Of a stretch of 64,000 nucleotides of DNA, positions 26,459 to 38,400 are shown piece after piece. How positions within the stretch are numbered: position 1 is the first letter of the stretch; every line of letters starts with the position of its first letter. The notes beneath the pieces are model-generated. The model ran no database searches, had not been told where the DNA came from, and saw only the letters and a list, made by a program, of their open reading frames with translations. The DNA is from Catajapyx aquilonaris (Eukaryota): assembly GCA_000934665.2 (NCBI GenBank), contig KZ538088.1, forward strand, positions 1-64,000. Direction: 5' to 3'. A program made the translations under genes and the position numbers.

Positions 26459-29400
26459 TTAACTGCGTAAAAACTCCAGATCTGATTCCAGTTCGTTCTC
26501 TGAGTAGGATAACGAACCAGGCCTCCTCCACCTTCGTCTCACTGGTGATGACTCTCCCACCTATAAACAACGTAATATATTCCATTGTTATTCAATGCTA
26601 AAAATACTGCACTCCAAATACGAAATACTGTACTACAACCTTAAAGGCTCCTTCCATCAACTCTGCTGATGGTTCTGACACATATCCTGCTTCCTGATCC
26701 TCTTCGTCCGCTTCGTACTCATCTTCTGAATCTGTGTGCATATCATTTGAAAACATTATTCTGCCTGTGATGCTGAGAAGCATCACAAAAGTTCGCAAAA
26801 TGCAACCAGGTAATAGACATGACATCATTGGTGTTCAGTTTTATTTATCGTACAGTGCTGGACATTAATGATAGATGTACTGGTAGCACCATGATCCGCT
26901 GGCAGCAAAAGGGCGAATCGAAGCAATGAATTAGCAACCAATACATCTCGCTCTTTTTCTGCCACCAGCTCGTGGCATGTCAGTTCTTCACCATTAATAT
27001 CCAGCACTGTACCCAGTTTGAAATAGTGAAGTCATTGCTGCTTCAAGCTTGAAAGAATTAACCAATAGAAGGGATCTTTACCTTCATCCATATATCTGTT
27101 AGGATAGTTGGGGACTTTGCAGACCATCTGGGCGAGGTCCGTGAATGTGTAGGGAGTAGTAGGTGGTTGTTGGCAACTCCGCTGCCACTGCTTCCTTGAA
27201 CGGTGGCTCATAGAGGTTATGCTCGACAGGGCCCCACCCTTCTTCAATGCCTCAAAGTACGTTTTCCCATGCACATACCCAACGTCCTGTAAAAACCAAG
27301 AGAGCCATCACGAATTTTTCCCTGGCCACAGTGCTAGGGCTTTCAGGGGTCTAAATTAGGGAACATACCTTGATCTCATCAAAGCTTCCAAACTGAAGAG
27401 TCTTGTACTTGTCAATGGGAGGCCGAATATATTCGCAGTAATCACAGTTCTTAACCTCCTGCAAGAAAAGAGTTGCACAGTACTTACACATAATGTGGAT
27501 GACATGGGGGCCAGCACAACACTAGCCTACCAGCAGATATTTACCTCAAGTTGCCTGACACATGACACATATGCAAGCCTGGATTGGATGTCAGGAAGGT
27601 TTGGCACTTTGACTGGAGCTGCAAAAGGATTCCATCGTTTCCAGAGAAGCCACCACCCAGAAAGGGAGTCACCATAGTTTGTGAGGTCCGTGTCATCCTG
27701 TGAACCCACATCTATAGCCAAGATGTGCTTCACTCCACGCTGCAGCATCACATCCGCTGGAGGGAAAGGCAGTGGTAAATCACTTTTGCAGGCAATGAGG
27801 ACAGCATTTTTTTAAAGGGAAAAACTTTGAGGAAGAGATCCCCCAATGCAAGGGTATGGCATTCAGAAAGTGGCATCTGGATTGTGCTCAACATAAACTC
27901 AATATTTAAACGTATTATTCAAGAGTTTGCATGAAATTAAAATGACAAAATAATGTGGCATGTTTTGAAGGACAGTTTCAGGACAAAGAAGTTTTACAGT
28001 AAACTTAGGCAATGAAACAAGAAGTTATAAAATTGTGATATAATTTGACAGCTATAATCAAGGCTAGAAGAGAGATCTATAGAGAGCTATGAAATGTGAA
28101 TTTGAATATGAATGTGATGATGATCAATGTGCAACTGTGCAATAACAATGAAAAATGTTTCCTCATGAAAGGATTTAAATTATTACTTTTTCCAAATATA
28201 AGCAGACTTTGCATGTCTCAAACAATGGTTTGCATGTAAAGCATGGCATGCAGGCATATATGATTTAATATTCCTAACCATCATTAAAAATCGTTAAAAC
28301 CTGCACAAAAAATTATGTACACCCCCACCTGCACATTCTTCAACTGTTATCTACATGCATGCAAAATGTACAAATGTACACCCCCACTTCATAATTATGT
28401 GACCATTTTTATTTTTTTCACAAGGGGATACCTGGCACATTGTTGATGTAGCATCCGTCGACCAGAAGGTGACCATCAACAGGGTCACACATGGGAGGCA
28501 GAACCCCTGCTATGGACATACTGGCCCTCACGTAGCGCCAGGCAGTGCCTGGGATTTTCGGGGGTGGTCAGTCCAAAACATGTGGTTATGCCCATCTGCT
28601 CCCCCCGTCCCTCCTCCCCAAAATACATGCAAGTGCAACATAAGGTTGAAATGAAGGCATAAGCAAAGCAATGGTTGCTTCTGGTATTCTTTCATGACAA
28701 GGAGCATGCATTATCCACCATCCTGAATTTTAAAGTAGTACGGTACTACATTGCTCAAAAAGACGCCAGACAATTTTTCACTGAAACCAAATGCAAAATC
28801 GTTGGAATATTTTTGAGTGATATATTACGTGAATGTTGCATTGAGACCCAAAATAAATGTGCTCATTATTACCACAACTTCTGAAACAAATTTGGAATGT
28901 AACAAACTTAACAAATGAGACAATAAGGCATGAAATAATGCATGCTACTTAGCCTAGTGATCTGAAATTAATGCAAATTAGGAGTCACATATTTTCATCA
29001 CTGCACCTCAGTGCTGAAATTCTTAGTGTATAGTACTTGCACAGTATGATCTCTGTCATCATTATCTTAATCACATGTTTACCAGAAACAAGCATTTAAC
29101 AAAAACAACCCAACCCAACACAAACACAAGTGCAAGTGTAGAATATCCCCAAAGCAGTGCTGCACCGCTTTAAATAGAAGGTGCGTAAATAAAGTTCAGT
29201 TGCTAGTGAAGTGTGAGAGTGCTTTAACTAGTGACAGGCGAGTGGCTAGCAATGAGAAGCATGTGTCGTGATTGGTTACCTGGCAGGTTGTTGACATATC
29301 CTCCATCGAGGAGCAGGTGCCCATCAGCAGGGTCACAGAGAGGGGGCATGTACCCAGAGAGGGACATTGAGGCTCGGCAATACCGCCACAGGGACCCTGC

Positions 29401-32400
29401 AAAACGTGGCCACAGTATTCCCCACCAAGTTCACAATCGATGTCTCAACATATTATTTTTTTTGTAACACAACCTATACATCATCTCTATTTGTGTTGCC
29501 CACTGTGCAGTGGCAGTGTGATTTTCCAGGTACAAATTCAACATGCCTCATGCACACTCCACATGATGGTATTACTGCAATGGCCATCCTGAGCCAAATT
29601 CCACATTAGTGATGGCCCATTCACAGTAGGTGTATGCTCACTACTTTTCCTCGTGGTCAAGGAAATGGGAGAGGTAACATACAAATACTGACAGACAGGA
29701 AAGATATTCCAAATTCAATGAAATGTGAATGCCAACAAGAAAGAGAGTAAAGAAGATGCTGAACAGTGTAGAATGATACACAGTGTGAATCAGAACTCCA
29801 GTTCAAACTCCCACTTGGCCCAACATGCTAAAATGCAGGAGTAAGACATGTTAAAATCCCAGTGGTGTAGGCTACTATATTGCTCAAAAACGTAAAGACA
29901 ATTTTGCATTTGATTCAAGTGCAGGCTGCACTTGAGTCAAATGCAAAATCGTCTCTATGTTTTTGAGCGATATAGTACATGACAATGACCGAAACATTTG
30001 TTGTGCTAGGGGGCTCACATGTGCATACATTTCAGGAGAAGGTGCAATAAAAGGGTGGGGTTGAAACAACCAAATGCTCATCATCATCATCATCTTCTAT
30101 GTCATTAACAGTTGGGTTTTCTACATTTCTCACCTGTCCACTGGCAGGAGTTTGAACTCAAATTTCCTCACTCACGCTGTATTTTAACAACTGGCAAGCA
30201 ACATAAGACTGATGACACAACCCTTAGCAGTTCATTACATTGTTGATTTTTTTACATATATTGTTACCCATGGTAATCTAAAGACAAACACATTAAATCA
30301 CATGCTTCAAAATTGAGGAAGTGTCAGTATCCATAAAAATCTCTTGGATGATCAATTCGACTCGCTTAATTTGTCTCATCATCATTGTTGGAAAGCCCAT
30401 TAAGGACAGGACGCAGCAAAAACACTAAAACAAAGACTGCATTGCAATGTAAAAAAACTACACAATAGCAAGTTCGTTGTGTCGTTCTGGACAGATCTGT
30501 TTTACTGAATTTGGTGCTCCTTCTAAACAGGCTTTACAACACTGGATAATCCCATATCAAATTTAAAGTGAGTTCACAAGAGCAATTATTCGCAAAATTC
30601 CCACTGGACACTGAAGTGCTGAAAACTAAACAATGATCTGACGTCATCAAGGTTTCCTTGGAAATACCCTCACAAAACAATATGAGTAAACAGTGTCAAC
30701 AAAAAGCAACAATGTAAGAAACAATGACATCAGATGTGCATCAGATCGTCGTTTAGTTTTCTGCAGGGTAGGTAAATTTTTCAACACACAGCATGTGCTT
30801 TGCCCACAGCTGCAGGCCAAGGGTATTCCATTTGTCAGGAGGCAGTAAGCATACCATACGTGTGAACAGGCCATCACCTACATTACACAGTGCAGGATAA
30901 TATTGTGCATGAAAATCGGCTATAAGTTAATAGGACCAATATGTTTCACAGTCGTACATACGTCAGATCTGAGAATTATTAAAATATCCCTGTGCATATG
31001 CAGAGCTAATTTTAATAATTCTGATTATATCTGTTAATAACATACGAGGTCAGTTTGAAAAGTTTTGCCTCCTATGCGATAATTTCAATAATACGCAAGA
31101 TGCTCATGTAAACTGTATGTCTGGTGAAAGCTTGGAATGTCCTCTACCAGAAGGTGTCATTACTTTTCCACTTAGTCACCATCCCTATTAACCTATGTAC
31201 CAACGTCTGAGAGGTTGTTGTATTCTGTCGTAGAAGATATAGGGGGGCCTTCTCCTGGCACCAGCAATGCACATCTGGTTTGCACTGGTGTAGTGGTGTC
31301 ACTTAGGATGTTCTTTCAGCTTCGTGAAAAGGAAAAAGTTGAGAGATCTGGGCTGTATGGCGTCTGATGTTGCAATGCATCCTGCCTTTGTTAACTAGTG
31401 CATAGACGAGCATTGTCATGGTGTAGGATTGCCATACAGCCCTGATAAAGCACACCTGAACCCCATTACACCAGTGATTCGGAGGTGAAAGGAGATGTGC
31501 ATTGCTGGTGCCGGGAGAAGACTCCTGATATCTTCTACGACGGGATGCTACAACTGGTCTGACTTTGGTGCATGCGTGTTGATAGGGATGGCAACTGTAA
31601 GTGAAAAAGAAATGAAACCCCTTGGTAGAGGACATTCCAAGCTTTCACCAGACATACAGTATATGTGTGTATCTTGCCCATTATTGAAATTATCCCATAG
31701 GTGGCAAAACTTTTCAAACTGACCTCATACAAATAATTTAACGAAACCAGTATGTAACTAAATAAGAGAAAGGTCAAATAAGGCCTTGCTCCCTAATCAG
31801 GTAATTTCTCAGTTTCTTGCCTGCTATCAACTTCTGGCAACATAATTATGATGACATATGGCAATCTTTGATACATATGACCTCCATTGTGAGGTGTAAT
31901 TCTGCTCTCTCTAACAATCTAACGTAACCTGTAAGTGACCAATGGCATCTGCAAAAAATTTCTGAAGGTGATGGAACTTGAGTCATGGCAATCTGATCCA
32001 ACTTTTGGTGAGTCTCAACAATATTGTTAAACCAAGTAGAAACATACTAAGATAATCATGTGCATGTCTGTGAGTATGAACTACTGTACTAATGTACAGG
32101 GTGATTCTCTCGAATGGAAACCCAAACATTCCTCAATAACTTTTTAACTATGGTATGGTTCCCGATGAAAATGGACATGTACTTACCTTGTATCATGCCA
32201 AACAAGGTCTGACTAAAGAATTTACCAAAAGTCCCCTCCACCATCCTCGAATTTTTAAATCCGAGTCTGCATAGTGCCGAAGGCTCCTGCACATTGGCAG
32301 CGGAGATTGCTCTCATCCCCGCCGGTCAGATTACTAGGCGGGCGGGTATCTCAAGGAAACGGGCCCGTTGCCTTGAGAATCCCGCCCACCAAGTTGGCTG

Positions 32401-35400
32401 GCCGGCGGGGATGAGTGCAATCCCCGCCAGGAATAGGCAGGGGTCTTCGGCACTATCCAGACTCTGATTAAAAAATTCTTGGATGCTGGAGGGGACCACT
32501 TTTGGTAAATTCTTTAGTAAGACCTTGTTTGGCATGGTACAAGGTAAGTACATGTCCATTTTCATCGGGAACCATACCATGTCCTGAACCACTGCCTGAA
32601 TTTCTTGGATGATGTTCTCTTTCAAGGAGTCAATAGATTGTGGTTTGTTTCGGTACTGTGCCACACATCACATGTCAGCATGGCCAAAATTAAGTTCCTT
32701 TCCAGAGGCTGATTCAGTTCGAAGGGACTTTGGCCCTGCATTGGCCCGATGTTACCCTGCCTGATTACCTCTTATGGGGCTCTCTGAAAGGGTGTGTATA
32801 CCGAAACCGAAACGGACCACAACCCATCAGAACCTTGAAAGAAAACATCATCCAAAAAATTCAGGCAGTGCCTCTGAACATGCTGGCCACCCTTCCAAAA
32901 TATGGAGCATTGTGTTCAGTCCTGTCAGGACGCAAATGGTGGCCATTTCTAGCACATGTTGCGATGCTATTTCCTTTCTTACATAGTGAGATTAGTTCAG
33001 TTCAAATTTCGTTTCGATATCTTCATTCATGTTAAAGTTATTAAAGAAATGCTGGGTAAAGTAAGTAGTGGGACACCCTGTACAGTACCCTGCATTAATG
33101 GCCATGCACAGACATCGCCACCTGTCCAAGAACGAGCGGAAATAGGCGCCTGTGGGGTGCTTCCAAAATAATTGGACAGCTCAAGATATAGCGGTAGATT
33201 CAAACTCTTGCTACAAAGATGGATCACAGATATATCTGTGGGATGAATTACAAGGCCATTGCGATTCCTATCAATGTATTGAGGTTGTGAGCCAGTTATT
33301 ACACGGACCGAGCGAATGCCTGTTAATCCACCGCGATCGACCGCGATATCTTGAGCCGTCTAGAGTGGACTTGTAAGCAGTCTTGATCATAAAGTATTTT
33401 TGGACACAGCCCACCAGACGCCTCGTTCCGCTCAATCTGGCCAGATGGCGATGTCTGTGCATGGCCATTAATGCAGGGTACTGTACAACCAATATAATGT
33501 TTCCTTTCCTATCCTGCCAACTACACCTGAAACACGTCACACTAATCACCAATGAAAACTCATTAGAATCCTTTACCTCTCATACCTTCACACCAAGAAT
33601 TCACAAGAATAAAAAATTTCACACCTCATGACCTGTGAAATTGGCATTCAACACTGTTTAGACCTACAACACAGTTACAAACATCGTGTAAAATCCTCAA
33701 TCTTTGTGAAATCAAGTTTCAAGTTAGATTTTCATGCAAAATGCCTATATTATGACTTGAATTGTTAAGCTAACAAGCAAAGTATCTAATGCACAGTACA
33801 CAAAACATGAAGGCAGTTTACACTGGAGGATGTGTTGTATATCACCTACTCTTTGTCTTTCACAAAACAACTAATTTAACCCCTCCACCATTATTAATCA
33901 CTTTTCTATTAGAATGTGGACTTTTACGTTAGACATTAAACACAATATTTACTTTTGCCACCTGCATTGCCCGTAACCAATCACGAACACTTACCCAGTC
34001 ACAATGTCACATGTAGCATAACTGAAGTTTGAAGTGTGAAGAACATTGACTAGAGAGACAACTAATAACAGCCAACTAATGACATTAAGAATACAAATAA
34101 AAAGGCAGCAGCCACTCCAATACTAACTACTAAAAGAATAACAGTTAGAGATTTTTAAAAAAAAGCTGCAATAAAACTTTATACATTTTTCTCAATAATG
34201 GTTATCATTAACATCCAGTGAAATATCTGCAATTAGTGAATTAAGTATCTTTGATAAATCGAAAGACCTCTATTTACTTTTATAATATTGTCACCACAGA
34301 CAATACCTGGGTATTGTCTGTGATTGTCACTGTCAGAAGTCAGGGAAAGAAGTTGAATGTAATGTAGGCTAGGTACTTCTTGCAAAGAAATATCTATTGA
34401 TAAAATAAGGTCTACAGATGACAAAGAGCATGCAAACTCACCATGAGTGTGGATGCGCATTGAACTTGAACTAATATCAGTGGTTAGGGTGAAGTACGGC
34501 AGCCACAGATCTTCAATCTGTGTCTCTATGAAGGTGTCTTTGATCAGTTTGTTGAAACCCGCACCAGAAAACATTGCAGTTATGGGGTAGGTGAGGTCAA
34601 TCACTTGCCTCCAGAGCTGCGTCATTTTCTGTGAATGCATGTGATGTCAGATGACCTGACAGAGAAATCATTCAAACCTGATAAAACTTTACCATGCTCC
34701 ATTCCCTGGCTTTCTGTGTGACAGTGGTGATGTTTTTCTCCATGCACCAAAGGGCCCCCATGAAGGCACCTATGCTCACTCCTCCCACCATGTCAATGGG
34801 AATTCCTGCTTCCTGCAATGATATATTACTTCCCATAGCATATGTGCGGACAAAAAACTGAACAGCTATACACACAAAGGTAGCGCTTCCTTATTCTCTT
34901 AAAAGTCTAAATAAATGAATGGATGAAAATGCCTATATCTTTAAAAAAAAAATTGTTCTACATTTAATGTAGAACAAAAATTTACAGCTTGGACATTTAA
35001 TCTCCTCACCCCATGTAATGGATACCCCGTGATAAGCCTCTTTGGGCTTTTTAGGGGATCATCTTTTTAATTAACCGACTTTAATCATTGCCTTTGATGT
35101 GATGGATTTTGATAGTGGGAGGAAATGGGAGAACCACGAGAAAACCCATGCGAACACGGAGAGAACCCATCCAAACTCTATCCACATAAGCATCCTCTGT
35201 CCGATCCGGGGATCGAACTCTGGACCTTGGAGGTGGAAGGCTGCGGCGCTAACCACTCCACCACTGTGTCGCCCTTCCTCAGCCCATGTTAACATCATAA
35301 TAATTTTAAAAAGATGTGGTCCACTCACAAGAATTGCCTTGATCATCCCGACGTGTGCAGCTCCCCTGGCTCCCCCTCCTCCAAGCACCAGACCCACTGA

Positions 35401-38400
35401 GGTCCCAGTTAGCCACCTAGCCAGGCGGGAAAAGTCGGAGTGGACATTTGGCTCTGTCATGAGAATCTTGGAGTACTGCTCATTCTGGGAAGAAAAAAAG
35501 AATTAAATAACCTAAGTGACTCCACAAGTAGCAGAAGCTGGAAAAAATCAAGGGTGACCAGATATGTAAAAATGCACACCTGGCGGATATAGTGGCATAA
35601 AGTGGCATATGTCAAATGTACTTGCTTCTAACATTAGGGTTCGAGGCTTGCTACCTTTTCCCTGTCAGTAAGTGACCATGATTTTGTGAGGACTTTATAC
35701 GAGGGCCGTTCAAAAAGAAACCAAACTTTTTAAATAGGCCGTCAACTGGCACAAAGAGTGTATTGAGGCTACTGACAGCACCTAGCGACATGTCTTGACA
35801 ACAAATTGCCATTTGCCAAGTTGCGCTGTGACCAGTGGTCATCGAGATACATCCACTTAAGTCAGCACTTGGACAAGCTGTTCGTCGAATTAGTGAGAAA
35901 GTTAAATGACCGAGCTCGAAAAACAACTTGTTGATGTGAAATTTCGCGAAAAATTGGTAAATATTTTACAGACACATTTCAATTGCTTTACCAAGCATAC
36001 TTGGGAAGGGTCGACCAAACGAGGCACAGATCAGTCGGTCAATGGTCAAGATGATGTTGGTTGTCTTTTTGGATTGGAAAGGCATTTTTCTTTATGAATT
36101 TGGACGTGTTGTCAGATTGGCAGACAAACCATGTTGTATCAGAATGTTTCAGTGCGTTTGAGGACTGCTGTGCCCAGGAAAGGCCTAAATTGAGAGAAAT
36201 CCAGACGTGGATATTGCGCCATGGCAATGTGCCTGCTCACATTGCTCCTCGTCATCAGTTATCTGGAAAAACATCAGACATCTCTTGTGCCAATCCACCC
36301 TATTCTCCAGACTTAGCCTCAGCAGACTTTTTGTTACATTCAGAACTTAAAACCAATTTGAAATGACGTCATTTCCGAACCATATAGGTGATTCATGACA
36401 ATGCGACAAGAGCACTGCGCGCCATCACAGAAAGTGCGTTCCAGGAAGCATTCCATCAATGGAAGAAATATTTTAAAATGTCTATCGCCAGTACAGGGAA
36501 CTACTTGGAAGGAGACAGTGCTTAAAATGTTGCAAAGTGAGCAATATAGTCTGTAGAGAAAAAGTTCGGTTTCTTTTTGAACAGCCCTCGTATACTCATG
36601 TAAATCACATCAGAACACAAGCAACATATTCACGTCTAGGATGCAATTCCAAATTTATGTAAATGGTATAAATAAAGAGTAAATGGTATAACAACACAAA
36701 ATGTCAAATTAACAGAGTACACCCTATCCATTCTTTGTTGCATCGATTTGACGAAAATGAGGCCCCACACACACAACTAGGCCTGCTTCTCATCCAACAC
36801 GAACTCAGCCTGCAAAATCAAACTATGTGACTTACTATTCTGTTCTGCGACCTCTTGGCAAACATCCTCTTTGAACACTGAATGTGATGGTGGGAGGAGC
36901 ACCATGACCTGATGTTAAGCCAGGCTACCGTCCCCTGAGGTCTGTCAGCCCCTTCCCTGTGCAGGAGAACCAATTCCTTCTGCGTCCTCACTGCCAGGTG
37001 CTCCAGCTGCTTCTCCACCTTGCCTACTGAAGGCTCCTTGTCAGCCAGGGCTACAATGAGGATGCAGTCGGCCTGCCGGATGCACCTCTGAGACCAGGGG
37101 CTGAACCCAGGGTCACACTGATACAGAACAATTGTGTGCTGATCCTCTTGCTGAGCAAGCCAAGAAGACAGACGAAATTCATTCGCAGGGTCCATTATGG
37201 TTGATCCCAGAGTCTTCTGGATGAAGTCTGATGTCAGCCGAAGACTGTCCCCTTCATGGGGGAAAAAAGAGACATTAATCCTGCAGCCAGGAGTGCTAGC
37301 ATAAGCCATCAACATGTATGTTAACAGCTCTTGGCAATAAAAATTTGGCTACAACATGTACTATCGGCGCGGAAATGGTATGGACACTTGTTAATGTTCA
37401 GCTTACTCCCAAGTGTCCGTACCATTTCCGCGCCGATAGTACACAATAGGGATATTTGTTTATCAGGCAGTGTAGTCCTCGAGTTACATCAGTGCAACAC
37501 TAAGAATTCAGCAGGCCAGGTTCATGTAAGGCTTTCTTACACTGGTTTACACCCCAAACACTACACTGACTGATCAACAAATATGCCTAATCTGATATGC
37601 GACCATGTCCCTTCAAAAGCAGCAATAAGTTTTCTTAATAATGCTTTCATAATAATTACCTATGGCACTGAGAGAGTGAAAAAGTTCATATGTAAATGCA
37701 GACAGTGGAACATCATCAGTCACAGACACCAGGGCCACAGTTGAGAAGTTCATCCGAGTTGGCCTCGTCTCAATTGGCATGTGTAAGCTGCTCGGCTTCT
37801 GCCATGAACCTGTCAAAAATTAAAACAGGGTCAATAAAGAGCACCCCATTATCTTTTCTTTCAACTTTTGCAGACTCTCCCAATTTCTTCCAATACTCAT
37901 AGTTTTTCTGCTAAAAGGAGAAAACCTACAATGTCATTTATTCCTCCAGCGTAAATAACTGCAGGCAACATAGTGGTTGGCAATAATTATGTGCTTATAT
38001 CATTGAATGTAGCAATAAATTATTTGTACAAGAGCATTTTTTTTGACAGACACAAAATGGCAAGGTCAGACATACCATTTTGACACAGGACTGACCGCAA
38101 AATTTCACTGATATGAAAGTAAACTTAATTATGAAACAAGCAGTATAAGCCTGAATCAATAGCATCTACATCTGATGAGTCAAAGCACCTCACCTAATAT
38201 CCTGCGTCCAAGCAGATTGATAAGGGTAGTGACCACCATAGGATACTTGAGTTTAATGGCACTCAAGAGCCCATCAGGAAGTTTGGCCAGCTCACTGTCT
38301 CTCACTGCCATCACTGTTGTACTTCTTGGAGTCTGTGTCAACGTCTCCACCTTGAAAAACACGAATGTTACATTTTAATCCGGGCTGGCCCTTCCTTTAA

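Noticed and set aside
28423..28431. Exon B donor GTATCCCCT as a U12-type 5' splice site (spliceosome-incompatibility mechanism)
   Set aside because: Matches only GTATCC of RTATCCTT, and there is no TCCTTAAC-like branch site before the downstream acceptor at 27757.
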